From: Patescibacteria group bacterium
Lineage (GTDB): Bacteria > Acidobacteriota > Polarisedimenticolia > JACPZX01 > DASXTC01
Direction of reading: 5' to 3'
Assembly: GCA_035646975.1 (NCBI GenBank)
Contig: DASROJ010000210.1
Span: forward strand, 1 to 37,879
Length of the DNA: 37,879 nucleotides
The notes under the pieces were generated by a model, which searched no databases, was not told the DNA's origin, and saw only the letters and a list, made by a program, of their open reading frames with translations. The translations under genes were made by a program, and so were the position numbers. Shown here one piece after another: positions 10,669 to 21,894 of this stretch (its first letter is position 1; each line of letters starts with the position of its first letter).

Positions 10669-12996
10669 TCAAAGCCCGCGCGTGGCGTTCAAGTCGGGTG
10701 ATCTTCCCACGGCAAACGATACCAGGCCGATCGTGATGGCGAACATCAGCGAGATTGCGGAAACCCATGCCCCGGTGCGAAACCACCGGGGTCGATACGT
10801 CAGCAGCACTTCCGCGTCGCCCGCCGGGACATCCACCGCCATGTACAGATAGTTGGCGCGCCGCACCGGAGCCGGCTTTCCGTTGACGCTCGCCTCCCAG
10901 CCGGCATCCCAGGCATCGCCCACCACAAGGTAACCCGGCGCCCCGGCGCCGCGCAGAACCACGGCGAGCGCGCCCGGGATGTTGCGCTCCAGAGCGATGG
11001 CCGGCGGGGCCGCCGGAGCATCTCCCCCGGATTCCGGAGCCGGCGTCGACTCGATCACCGCCTGCCGGTCCAGGTCGATGCGGCCGGCCGCCAGGCTTTC
11101 CAGAAGACCATCGCGAGACTCCGCGGGGGAAGAAGCGGCGTGCGAGACGAATGACAGACGCGGCCGCGCGCGATCGTTGACGAAGACGCGGCCATCGGGC
11201 CCGTCGTACGCCAGCTGGAGCCCGTCTCCGGAGACCACCGCCTGGGGCGGCGTCACCACGTAGCGCATCCCCAGGAGATCGAGCAACGGCCTCGAGCCGG
11301 CCGGGATCTCGCCGGTCTGGTGGACGTGATCCACCCGGGCCATATCGAGGATGCGCCGGTAGTCGCGCGACTCCGTGGCCTCCAGCCCGTCCGACACGGG
11401 GCCTCCTTCGATCGATGACAGCCAGTAGGGCATCTGTGTTTCGGCGCGCAGGACCGGCCCTACCGTCAGCAGCCGCCCGCCCCTCACCATGTCGGCAGAT
11501 GCGTCCTTCCGAAGAAAGTCGGTCAGACGTGTCGGTGGAAACATCGCCTCGGCGCCGGCGTGGGGGTTTCTGCCCGACGCGAACTGCAGCATGTCCACAC
11601 AGGTGATGGCCGCGATACCGAACGTGTAGATGGCCCGCCCCGACGGACGCAGCAGGACGAGGGTGACGAGCAGCCCGGTGCCTCCCACGAAGAACGCCGC
11701 AAGACGCGCGGCGTTGGGGTCGCGTGTGCCGTATCCCATCGCAACGGCAATCAGGAGAAAGGCGCACAGCAACGTGACGCCGATCAGTGAACCACGTTGA
11801 CGCCACTGCATTCCGGCGCTCGGCTTCGCGTTCTGACCGACTGCTTCGAGTGCTTCGAGGCCTGCCAGGCCAAGAGCCGCCAGGGTCGCCAGGCAGAACG
11901 GCAGCAGCAGGCCCGGCGCCCACCGTGTCCCGGGCGGACCGGATGCCGAAACCGCCGAGACCACCGCGATCGCGACGAAGAAACGGGTCCGGCGCCACCA
12001 GCACAGCGATACCAACGCGAGCAGCAACGCAGCAGCGCCGGCGTACCCCGCCGGGGTCCGCCCGACATGGCCGGGCAGCAGCAGGCTGAGCGTCATGTGA
12101 GATGCGCCCGATGCGCTCGATGCCACCGACGCAGCCCGAGTCGACGCCTCGCCGGCCGCTTCCCGCTCCAGGGACGGCAGCAGCTGAACCGCCGCCATCG
12201 CACAGGCAAGAGCCATCGCGCCGAGGTACATCCCGACCGCCAGACGCGGCCGCGGGGCCTCGCGCAGGCTCCACAGGAAATAGAGCGCCGACAGCCCCAG
12301 GATCTGCAGCGTCGTGCCGCGGTCCCCGCCAAGGTATTGCGCGGCCCCGGCGAACACCAGAAGGAGAAACGGCCCGGACGACTGGCGGGCCGCAAGCGAC
12401 CGGGTCGCATGCATCACCAGCGGCAGCAGCAAGGCAGCGTTGGTGTGCGGAGAACCGAGCCACCCGGTCATGAAGCCGCATAGCGCGAACGACACCGACC
12501 CGGTCACGCAGGATGCCGTGCGGCATCCGAGCCCGGCGAGGAAGATGGCCATGAAGCCACCCGCCAGCACGACCTTCATCAGCATCGCCGCGGTGAACAC
12601 GCGCATCGAGGGGAAGATCCATGCAGGCCAGTGGAGCGGAAAGAAGACGGCCGACTGCGCGTTGGCCACGAACGGGGTCCCGCAGCCCGAATAGGGATTC
12701 CAGAGCGGGATCCATCCACCTTCGAGGCTTCGCGCCGTGTAGAGCTGCCACGGCCAGGCTCGCAGGAGCAGAGCATCCATCGATGCATCCCCCCCGCTGC
12801 CGGGCGCCCCATGCGCTTCCGTCTCGGCGGCATAGGCTTTCCACGGCCACTGTCCGTACTGCGCGCCGGCCGGCGCGATCAGAGCCCCGCGGGTGAGCAC
12901 CGGAGCGTGCAGGGCGACCACCAGGGCGGCCACCACGGCCACCGAGATGAGGACAGGGCCCGCATGAAACAGACGTCCGTCGCGAGAAGCCTTCAC
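10669..12996 (-). CDS. YfhO-family polytopic membrane protein (putative GT-C glycosyltransferase)
   Basis: PLWNPYSGCGTPFVANAQSAVFFP motif, many TM helices, C-terminal AGWEASVNG...RANYLYMAVDVPAG...YRP plus a final TM. GTG 12996 overlaps the aroB stop (GTGA). Confidence 0.8.
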   Translation of the reverse strand: MKASRDGRLFHAGPVLISVAVVAALVVALHAPVLTRGALIAPAGAQYGQWPWKAYAAETEAHGAPGSGGDASMDALLLRAWPWQLYTARSLEGGWIPLWNPYSGCGTPFVANAQSAVFFPLHWPAWIFPSMRVFTAAMLMKVVLAGGFMAIFLAGLGCRTASCVTGSVSFALCGFMTGWLGSPHTNAALLLPLVMHATRSLAARQSSGPFLLLVFAGAAQYLGGDRGTTLQILGLSALYFLWSLREAPRPRLAVGMYLGAMALACAMAAVQLLPSLEREAAGEASTRAASVASSASGASHMTLSLLLPGHVGRTPAGYAGAAALLLALVSLCWWRRTRFFVAIAVVSAVSASGPPGTRWAPGLLLPFCLATLAALGLAGLEALEAVGQNAKPSAGMQWRQRGSLIGVTLLCAFLLIAVAMGYGTRDPNAARLAAFFVGGTGLLVTLVLLRPSGRAIYTFGIAAITCVDMLQFASGRNPHAGAEAMFPPTRLTDFLRKDASADMVRGGRLLTVGPVLRAETQMPYWLSSIEGGPVSDGLEATESRDYRRILDMARVDHVHQTGEIPAGSRPLLDLLGMRYVVTPPQAVVSGDGLQLAYDGPDGRVFVNDRARPRLSFVSHAASSPAESRDGLLESLAAGRIDLDRQAVIESTPAPESGGDAPAAPPAIALERNIPGALAVVLRGAGAPGYLVVGDAWDAGWEASVNGKPAPVRRANYLYMAVDVPAGDAEVLLTYRPRWFRTGAWVSAISLMFAITIGLVSFAVGRSPDLNATRGL

Positions 12997-14144
12997 CGTG
13001 GCGGCGCCGTGTCCAGCATCCCGGCAAGCACCTCCGCCGCCAGGGCATCCTCGAGCAGGATGCCGTAGCCGGACGGACCACGCGCCATCACGCCCAGCGC
13101 CGACGGCAGGACGTAGGCGATCCTTCCGTCCCGGGTCTTCTTGTCGCGACGCGCCGCCTCGAGGATCGACCAGGGCCTCATCGCCGGCCGATCGGCGCTC
13201 AGACGCACCGGCAGCCCGAGCTTCTCCAGCGTCTGCTCGATCGCTTCGGCGGCGGCTCCGGACAGCACCCCGAGCCGCTGCGCCATTCGTGTCTCCGCCA
13301 CCATGCCGATCGACACCGCCTCGCCATGGGTCAGCTCGTATCCCGACAGTGTCTCGATCGCGTGGCCGATGGTGTGCCCCAGGTTGAGGATCTTGCGCAG
13401 GTCCCCTTCCTTCTCGTCGGCCGCCACCACCTCGGCCTTGATCTCGCACGAGCGCGCGATCACCTCGGTGAGCAGCCCCGGCTCGCGCCTCAGCAGGGCC
13501 GGGGACTCGCCGGAGATCCGGTCGAACAGCGCGGCGTCGCGGATCACGGCGGTCTTGACGATCTCGGCCAGCCCCGAGCGGTACTCCCGCTCCGGCAGCG
13601 TGAACAGGAAGTCGGTGTCGATGAACACGGCCGAGGGCTGGTGAAAGGCCCCGATCAGGTTCTTGCCCCTGGCGTGGTCCACTCCCGTCTTGCCGCCCAC
13701 CGACGCGTCCACCATCGCCAGCAGGCTGGTCGGAACCTGCACGCACCTGATTCCACGCAGGTAGGTGGCGGCCACGAAGCCCGCCAGATCGGTCGTCACG
13801 CCGCCTCCCACCGCCACGATCGCCGCGTCACGACCGCATCCGGCCTCGATCATGGCGTCTTCCACGATTTCCTTGGTGGCGCGGGTCTTGTTCGCCTCTC
13901 CGGCGGCAAAGACGATCGTGCCCACCGACAGGCCCGCGTCGACCAGCAGATCGTGGAGGGGCCGGACGTGCAGCGCCGCCACGTTGGAATCGGCCACCAG
14001 GGCGTAGCGCGCGGCGAGATGCCGCTCGATCAGCCAGGTCGCGAGACGGCGGGAGGCGCCCGGACCCACCATCACCGGGTAGGGTGGCGCGGTCCGGACT
14101 TCGAGGGTGATGATGGGGGCGGCCGAAGACTCCGGCGGGGTCAT
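12993..14144 (-). CDS. aroB: 3-dehydroquinate synthase
   Basis: GEANKT, GGGVTTDLAGF, PTSLLAMVDASVGGKTG, GKNLIGAF, NLGHTIGHAIE, HGEAV. Confidence 0.95.
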   Translation of the reverse strand: MTPPESSAAPIITLEVRTAPPYPVMVGPGASRRLATWLIERHLAARYALVADSNVAALHVRPLHDLLVDAGLSVGTIVFAAGEANKTRATKEIVEDAMIEAGCGRDAAIVAVGGGVTTDLAGFVAATYLRGIRCVQVPTSLLAMVDASVGGKTGVDHARGKNLIGAFHQPSAVFIDTDFLFTLPEREYRSGLAEIVKTAVIRDAALFDRISGESPALLRREPGLLTEVIARSCEIKAEVVAADEKEGDLRKILNLGHTIGHAIETLSGYELTHGEAVSIGMVAETRMAQRLGVLSGAAAEAIEQTLEKLGLPVRLSADRPAMRPWSILEAARRDKKTRDGRIAYVLPSALGVMARGPSGYGILLEDALAAEVLAGMLDTAPPR

Positions 14145-14150
14145 CCCCGC

Positions 14151-14159
14151 AGGATATCA
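14151..14159 (-). promoter_or_regulatory. Extended -10 element 6 nt upstream of the aroB ATG (candidate leaderless promoter)
   Basis: Minus strand TG-A-TATCCT-GCGGGG-ATG in an AT-rich patch; no SD. Confidence 0.45.
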
Positions 14160-14169
14160 CGTCATTAAT

Positions 14170-14673
14170 TTACTCCGGAGACGCGAGCTTGCCGAGGTCG
14201 TCGAGGTAGCCGCGCACCAGGGATCGGTGCTTCTCCTCGTCCAGCGACGTCTTGATGAGACGGGACGTCGCGGCGAGGACCAGGTCGACCGATTGCTCCC
14301 TGATCTCGCGCACCGCCGCTCTTTTCTGCCGCTCGAGGTCTTCGGAGAACTGCTTTGCCTTGTCCTCGGCCTCACGATGGGCCCGCGCGAGGATGTCGGC
14401 ACGGACCTGCTCGGCATCCCGCTGGGCCTTCTCGATGATCGCCGCCATCTCATGACGCGCCTTGGCCAGCATCTCGCGATGCTGCGCCATCAGCTTTTCC
14501 GCCTCCTCCCTGGCCTGCCGGGCCTGCTCGAGCGACTCGCGTATCGTCTTCTCGCGCTCGTCCAGCAGGGCGAGCAGGGGCTTCCAGGCGACGGCCCGCA
14601 GAATCCCCAGCAGGACGAGGAAGGTGAACACCGTCCAGATGATGAGACCGGGATCGATCTCTACCAGTTTCAT
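14170..14673 (-). CDS. atpF: ATP synthase F0 subunit b
   Basis: IDPGLIIWTVFTFLVLLGILRAVAWKPLLALLDERE followed by a long charged coiled coil. Confidence 0.93.
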   Translation of the reverse strand: MKLVEIDPGLIIWTVFTFLVLLGILRAVAWKPLLALLDEREKTIRESLEQARQAREEAEKLMAQHREMLAKARHEMAAIIEKAQRDAEQVRADILARAHREAEDKAKQFSEDLERQKRAAVREIREQSVDLVLAATSRLIKTSLDEEKHRSLVRGYLDDLGKLASPE

Positions 14674-14683
14674 GCGGACTCAC

Positions 14684-14911
14684 CTACCTCAGGAACACGA
14701 TCAGGATGCAGACGACTTCGGCGATCAGCGTGACGCCTTCGATGAGCGCCGCGCCGATGATCATGTTGGTTCCGATGGGGCCGGCCGCCTGGGGCTGCCT
14801 GGCAATCCCCTCGAGGGCCGAGGCGGACAGACGGCCGATGCCGTAGCCGCCGCCGATGACCGCGATCCCCGCCCCGATGGCGGCCGCGACGTAGGGTAGA
14901 TGCTGATCCAT
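14684..14911 (-). CDS. atpE: ATP synthase F0 subunit c
   Basis: GxGxGxG-like inner helix, ARQP loop, ALIEG carrier Glu. Confidence 0.95.
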   Translation of the reverse strand: MDQHLPYVAAAIGAGIAVIGGGYGIGRLSASALEGIARQPQAAGPIGTNMIIGAALIEGVTLIAEVVCILIVFLR

Positions 14912-14947
14912 TTGACGACTCCTCCTTGGGAAAATGTCATGAACCGT

Positions 14948-15796
14948 TCAGTGCGAAGGGTGTACCGAAAACCCGATGAACAGGGATGTCAACATCGCGA
15001 AAATGTAGGCCTGAAGAAAGGCCACGAACAGCTCCAGCATGATGATGCCCAGAGCCAGCGGCACCGCCACGAAGCCCACCATCAGGCTCTTGAAGATGAA
15101 GATCATCCCCAGGAACGACAGGATGGCGACGTGGCCAGCCGTCATGTTGGCGAAAAGACGGATACAGAGCGCGAACGGCTTGACGAACATCCCCAGCACC
15201 TCGACCACGATCATGATCGGCAGGACGAAGATGGGAAGGCCGTGCGGCACCAGGTTCTTCCAGTGCTTGAAGAAACCGTTCTCCCTGATTCCCTCGAGCT
15301 GGATCATCAGGAAGGAGAGAATCGCCAGACCCGCCGTCACGTTGAGGTTGCCGGTGGCCGTCGAGCCGAGCGGCACCAGCCCGAGCAGGTTGCAGACCAG
15401 GATGAAAAAGAAAAGCGTCAGGATGTACGGAGCCAGTTTTCTTCCATGGTGCTCGCCGATGTTCTTGATGCAGATCTCGTCGCGCACGAACACGACCAGC
15501 ATCTCGAGCAGGTTCATGACCCCCCGGGGCACGAGCTTCCGCCCACGCATCACCACGGCGAACAGCAGGATGAGTATCGTCGAGGCGACCCACATCATCA
15601 CGACATGCCGCGTGATGGACAGATCGAGCCCGCCGAGGTGGATCTGCGGCAGGTGGACCTGGGTGAATCCCAGATCGAGGGTGTCCCCGTTCGTGATGTG
15701 GTGCATGATCGTGGCGCCGATGTCGTCGGAGTGCTCGGCCGCGTGCTCGGCTGCCCCAGCTGCCTCCGCCGCGTGCTCCGTCGCCTGCTGTATCAC
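14948..15796 (-). CDS. atpB: ATP synthase F0 subunit a
   Basis: ITRHVVMMW, NLLGLVP, TATGNLNVT, IRLFANMTAGH (essential Arg), FLQAYIF. Confidence 0.95.
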   Translation of the reverse strand: MIQQATEHAAEAAGAAEHAAEHSDDIGATIMHHITNGDTLDLGFTQVHLPQIHLGGLDLSITRHVVMMWVASTILILLFAVVMRGRKLVPRGVMNLLEMLVVFVRDEICIKNIGEHHGRKLAPYILTLFFFILVCNLLGLVPLGSTATGNLNVTAGLAILSFLMIQLEGIRENGFFKHWKNLVPHGLPIFVLPIMIVVEVLGMFVKPFALCIRLFANMTAGHVAILSFLGMIFIFKSLMVGFVAVPLALGIIMLELFVAFLQAYIFAMLTSLFIGFSVHPSH

Positions 15797-16185
15797 GTCA
15801 GTTTCCTCAGATATGCCACTTCGAGCGCCTGGAACACCAGCGTGCCCACCACCAGCCCGGCGCCCACACCTGCCGGGTCGACGACCTTCAGCGCCACCGC
15901 AGCCATCACCAGGGCCAGATAAGCTACCATGCGTGCCATCATCAGGCCAGCGAAGGCTCGCGCCATGCTCGTGGTGGCCTGGGCCTGCAAGGTCGCATCA
16001 CCCCGCGCCCGGGATTTGATCCGTGTGAGCACCGCGACCGCGAGGGCGGCAAACGATCCCGCCACCGCCGTTCCCGCGGCCACGCCGGCGACCAGGCCGG
16101 AATGCCCGGGCATGGCCGCAGCCGTGATGGCGGCCACCAGCGCGGTCACACCGACCACGAACAGCGGGAAAGGCAGCTTTGTCAT
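15793..16185 (-). CDS. atpI: AtpI-like membrane protein
   Basis: 130 aa with about 4 hydrophobic helices, lying between atpZ and atpB with a GTGA overlap. Sequence match is weak, so the call is mainly positional. Confidence 0.6.
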   Translation of the reverse strand: MTKLPFPLFVVGVTALVAAITAAAMPGHSGLVAGVAAGTAVAGSFAALAVAVLTRIKSRARGDATLQAQATTSMARAFAGLMMARMVAYLALVMAAVALKVVDPAGVGAGLVVGTLVFQALEVAYLRKLT

Positions 16186-16195
16186 TCGTCCGCCG

Positions 16196-16432
16196 TCATT
16201 CGTCACCATTCCCCGGTGGGCGCCGCAGCACGACCGCAAAGAAATTGTAGAATCCCAGCACCAGCCCCAGCATTGTTCCGGCGATGGTCAGCCACGGCTT
16301 GGTGCCGAATCTGCCATCGGCCCAGTAGCCGCCGCCGACCCCAATCAGCAAAGAGGCCGCGAACATCGAGCCCAGCCCCAGATAGGGCCCGGCCCGGCGG
16401 AGGATTTCGCTGCGTCCGTTCTTGTCGGCCAT
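16196..16432 (-). CDS. atpZ: AtpZ/AtpI family (ATPase gene 1) protein
   Basis: GYWADGRFGTKPWLTIAGTMLGLVLGFYNF family motif; first gene of the F0 cluster. Confidence 0.85.
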   Translation of the reverse strand: MADKNGRSEILRRAGPYLGLGSMFAASLLIGVGGGYWADGRFGTKPWLTIAGTMLGLVLGFYNFFAVVLRRPPGNGDE

Positions 16433-17941
16433 TCAGCCCGACGACGATGCCGCCATTGCCATCGAATACGAGAATGTCGCCAGTTTCAGGATTCGCTCGG
16501 GCATCAGCCCGATCAGCAGCGTCGCCGCCGCCGCGATCGCCAGCGCCGCCGTCAGGGCGGGCGAGGTCGCGTACGGTTCGTCGGTCAGCGGCTCGCGCAG
16601 GTACATGCAGACCACCACCCGGAAATAGTAGTAAAGCGAGATCGCGCTGTTGATGACCATGAGCACGGCGAGCCAGGCGTAGTGCCCCTTGATCGCGGCG
16701 CCGAACAGGTACCACTTGCCCATGAAACCCGCCAGCGGGGGGATGCCCGCCAGCGACAGAAGGAACAGCAGCATCACGAAAGCGGCCATCGGCGCGCGTT
16801 TCGCCAGCCCCGAGAAGTCGACGATCAGGTCGCCCACGAGGTTTGCGCGTCTCATCATGATCACCATCGCGAAGGCGCCGATGTTCATGAAGGTATAGAC
16901 CAGCAGGTATATGGCCACCGCCTTGACGCCGAAGTCGCCAGTCTCCCCCGGCATGCCGGCCACCAGGACGCCGACCAGCGTGTAGCCGGCGTGCGCGATG
17001 CTCGAGTAGGCGAGCATCCTCTTGATGTTGTCCTGCAGGATCGCGGTGATATTGCCCAGCGTCATGCTGGCCGCCGCCAGCAGCGCGATGAGCGGCGCCC
17101 AGTACTGGTACAGCGCGGGGAATCCCGACATCAGGACCCGGAGTCCCACGATGAAGGCCGCTGCCTTCGACGCGGTGGAGATGAACGCGGTGACCGCCGT
17201 GGGAGCCCCTTCGTAGGCGTCCGGGATGTACATGTGGAACGGCACCGCGGCCACCTTGAACCCGAGCGCCACCGTGATGAGGATCAGCCCGAGAATCGTC
17301 AGCTCGATGCCGGGCGCGCCGGGAACCGCCACCGTGGCGATCTTCGCCAGCTGGATCGAACCGGTGCTGCCGTATACCAGCGACGAGCCGTACACGAACA
17401 TCGCGGTGGAAAACCCGCCGAGGATGAAATACTTCAGCGCCGCCTCGTTAGACTTGCGGTTCTCCTTGAGATAACCGACCAGGACGTAAATCGAAAGCGC
17501 CATGGTCTCGAGCGAGATGAAAATCATCAGCAGGCTCAGGGCCGTGGCCATGAACATCATCGAGGCGGTGGCGATCATGATCAGGGCGTAATACTCGCCC
17601 GACTGCATTCTCTCGATGTCCATGTAGTTGATCGAGATCATGATGGTGAGCACCGCGCCGATCAGGAAGATCAGCTTGAAGAAGAAGCTCAGCGGGTCCA
17701 CCGCGACGTCGCCGGAGAAAACCGGCGCGGCGGCCACCCCGTCGAGCACCCGGGCGTTGTTGAACACGCTGGGAATCACCAGCACCGTGCCGACCAGCGA
17801 GAGCCAGGCGATGAGCCGGCGGTCTTCCTTCGGCAGGATGGCGGTGACGGCCAGGATGATGAAGGCGAAGAAGTAGAGAAGCAGCTCCGGCAGGATCGGT
17901 CTGCAATCCACAAGGTACTTCGCCGCGTCGAACGCGCTCAC
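16433..17941 (-). CDS. nuoN: NADH-quinone oxidoreductase subunit N
   Basis: LPE N-terminus, GEYYAL, ISLETMAL, EAALKYF, FKVAAVPFHMYIPDAYEGAP, IKRMLAYSSIAHAGY. GTG 17941 overlaps the nuoM stop. Confidence 0.95.
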   Translation of the reverse strand: MSAFDAAKYLVDCRPILPELLLYFFAFIILAVTAILPKEDRRLIAWLSLVGTVLVIPSVFNNARVLDGVAAAPVFSGDVAVDPLSFFFKLIFLIGAVLTIMISINYMDIERMQSGEYYALIMIATASMMFMATALSLLMIFISLETMALSIYVLVGYLKENRKSNEAALKYFILGGFSTAMFVYGSSLVYGSTGSIQLAKIATVAVPGAPGIELTILGLILITVALGFKVAAVPFHMYIPDAYEGAPTAVTAFISTASKAAAFIVGLRVLMSGFPALYQYWAPLIALLAAASMTLGNITAILQDNIKRMLAYSSIAHAGYTLVGVLVAGMPGETGDFGVKAVAIYLLVYTFMNIGAFAMVIMMRRANLVGDLIVDFSGLAKRAPMAAFVMLLFLLSLAGIPPLAGFMGKWYLFGAAIKGHYAWLAVLMVINSAISLYYYFRVVVCMYLREPLTDEPYATSPALTAALAIAAAATLLIGLMPERILKLATFSYSMAMAASSSG

Positions 17942-19506
17942 TTGCGCAGCTCCGCGTAGCCGCGCGAGGCCGGGCCCAGCTGCTCGACGAGATGGGCCAC
18001 CGGCTTGTCGAGGATGTCGAAGAACGGCTTCGGGTACAGGCCGATCCAGAAGCAGCAGGCCACCAGCGGCGCCAGGTAGAGGACCTCGCGCGCCGTGCAG
18101 TCCTTGAGCTTCTGGTTCTCGGGATTGTCGAGCGGCCCGAACATCGTGCGCTGGTACAGCCACAGCATGTAGGCCGCCCCCAGGACGATGCCCGTCACAC
18201 CGCACACCGCCCAGAACCGGCCGCCCACCGACATGCCGAACGGATGCAGCGCGACATCATGCGGTATCTGGAAGGCGCCGGCGAGGATGGTGAACTCGCC
18301 GATGAAGCCGTTGAGCACCGGCAGCCCGATCGAGGACATGGTCACGATGAGGAACATCGTGGCGAATACGGGCATCTGCTTCGACAGCCCGCCGAACTCC
18401 GAGATCAGTCTCGTGTGCCGGCGCTCGTAGACGATGCCGACGATGAGGAACAGCGCCCCGGTGGAAAGCCCGTGATTGAGCATCTGCAGGATGCCGCCGT
18501 TGAGCCCGTTCACGTTGAGCGCGAACACCCCCAGCATGCAGAACCCCAGATGGCTGACCGACGAATAGGCGACCAGCTTCTTCCAGTCCCGCTGCACCAT
18601 CGCCACCAGCGCTCCGTAGACGATGCCCACCACCGCGAGACCGAGGATGTACGGGGCGTAGATCCTGGAGGCCTCGGGAAGCATCGGCAGATTGAACCTC
18701 ACGAAGCCGTACGTCCCCATCTTGAGTAGCACGCCGGCGAGGATGACGGAGCCGGCCGTGGGGGCCTCGGTATGCGCGTCGGGCAGCCAGGTGTGAAACG
18801 GGAACATCGGCACCTTGATGGCGAACCCGATGAAGAAGGCCCAGAAGACCCACTTGGAGAGCGCGAGGAAGGCGGGGTCGGCGCCCAGCGTGACAAGCTG
18901 CGTGTAGTCGAACGTGCTGACGCCGGTCTTGCTGCCGTAATAGAAATAGACGGCGAGAATTCCCAGCAGCATCAGAACCGAGCCGAACAGCGTGTACAGG
19001 AAGAACTTGATCGCCGCGTACAGCTTGTTGCTGCCCCCCCAGATGCCGATCAGGAAGTACATCGGCACCAGCATGACCTCCCAGAAGACATAGAAGAGGA
19101 AGAAATCCAGCGACATGAACGTGCCGAGCATCCCGGTCTGCAGCAGGAGCAGGAAGATGTAGTACTCCTTCACCCTGTCGGTGATGGCGGTCCAGGACGA
19201 CAGCATCGCGACGACCCCGAGCAGCGTGGTCAGCAGCACGAACAGCATCGAGATGCCGTCCACGCCGAAGATGTACTGCGCCCCGATGGAAGGGATCCAG
19301 GAGTGCCGCTCGAGCGTCGTCGGGTCGAATCCCGCCAGGCTCGTGTCCCACTGGAAGAACAGCGGTAGCGAGAGCAGGAAGTCGACGCCGGCCACCGCGG
19401 TGGCGAACCAGGCGATCCCCTTCTTCGCGTTTTTCGGAAAGAAGAGAATGAGCAGCGCGCCCAACAGGGGCACGTAAGCGATGAGTGAAAGGAGACCTCG
19501 AAACAT
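17938..19506 (-). CDS. nuoM: NADH-quinone oxidoreductase subunit M
   Basis: GVDGIS, FYVFWEVMLVPMYF, IKVPMFPFHTWLPDAHTEAP, LLKMGTYG, KKLVAYSSVSHLG, GFIGEF. Confidence 0.95.
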   Translation of the reverse strand: MFRGLLSLIAYVPLLGALLILFFPKNAKKGIAWFATAVAGVDFLLSLPLFFQWDTSLAGFDPTTLERHSWIPSIGAQYIFGVDGISMLFVLLTTLLGVVAMLSSWTAITDRVKEYYIFLLLLQTGMLGTFMSLDFFLFYVFWEVMLVPMYFLIGIWGGSNKLYAAIKFFLYTLFGSVLMLLGILAVYFYYGSKTGVSTFDYTQLVTLGADPAFLALSKWVFWAFFIGFAIKVPMFPFHTWLPDAHTEAPTAGSVILAGVLLKMGTYGFVRFNLPMLPEASRIYAPYILGLAVVGIVYGALVAMVQRDWKKLVAYSSVSHLGFCMLGVFALNVNGLNGGILQMLNHGLSTGALFLIVGIVYERRHTRLISEFGGLSKQMPVFATMFLIVTMSSIGLPVLNGFIGEFTILAGAFQIPHDVALHPFGMSVGGRFWAVCGVTGIVLGAAYMLWLYQRTMFGPLDNPENQKLKDCTAREVLYLAPLVACCFWIGLYPKPFFDILDKPVAHLVEQLGPASRGYAELRK

Positions 19507-19517
19507 TCAATCGCTCC

Positions 19518-21584
<2,067 letters not shown>

Positions 21585-21591
21585 GCTCCGC

Positions 21592-21894
21592 CTAGCCTTT
21601 CATGATGTTCATGTCGTCGACGTTGATGGAGTCCTTGTTGCGGTACAGCGAGATGATGATCGCCAGACCCACGGCCACCTCACCCGCCGCCACGACGATC
21701 GTGAAGATGCTGAAGACCTGTCCGGCCAGATCGCCGAGCTTCTGCGAAAAGGCGATGAAATTGATGTTGGCCGAGTTCAGCATCAGCTCGATGCCCATCA
21801 TCACGATGATGGCGTTGCGGCGGGTCAGCACGCCGATCAGCCCTATCGTGAACAGGGCGAGACTGAACACAAGGATGTGAGAAGTCGGGATCAT
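21592..21894 (-). CDS. nuoK: NADH-quinone oxidoreductase subunit K
   Basis: RRNAIIVMMGIELMLNSANINF, VAAGEVAVGLA. Confidence 0.95.
   Translation of the reverse strand: MIPTSHILVFSLALFTIGLIGVLTRRNAIIVMMGIELMLNSANINFIAFSQKLGDLAGQVFSIFTIVVAAGEVAVGLAIIISLYRNKDSINVDDMNIMKG

Noticed and set aside
8004-10736. 910-aa plus-strand ORF, and similar long ORFs at 646-1806 (-), 1323-2591, 2903-4189, 15929-17959, 19485-20987, 27892-29424 (-) and 34494-35645 (-)
   Set aside because: Antisense shadows of well-supported genes. They are Arg/Gly/Ala-rich with no motifs, which is expected in high-GC DNA.
10661-13081. 806-aa alternative-frame ORF over yfhO; also the N-terminal extensions in the ORF track for yfhO, the TPR gene, nuoN, ilvA and pgk
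   Set aside because: Off-frame or run-on readings through the upstream gene; better starts with overlaps or SD sites exist.
14170-16432. N-ATPase (atpDCQRBEFAG) or Na+-ATPase
   Set aside because: The atpQR-BEF-like order matches, but the flanking D, C, A and G genes are absent, b is short (167 aa), and c lacks the Na+ signature.
16433-17941. Last antiporter gene as the second NuoM of a 2M complex
   Set aside because: EAALKYF, the LPE N-terminus and FKVAAVPFH identify it as NuoN.
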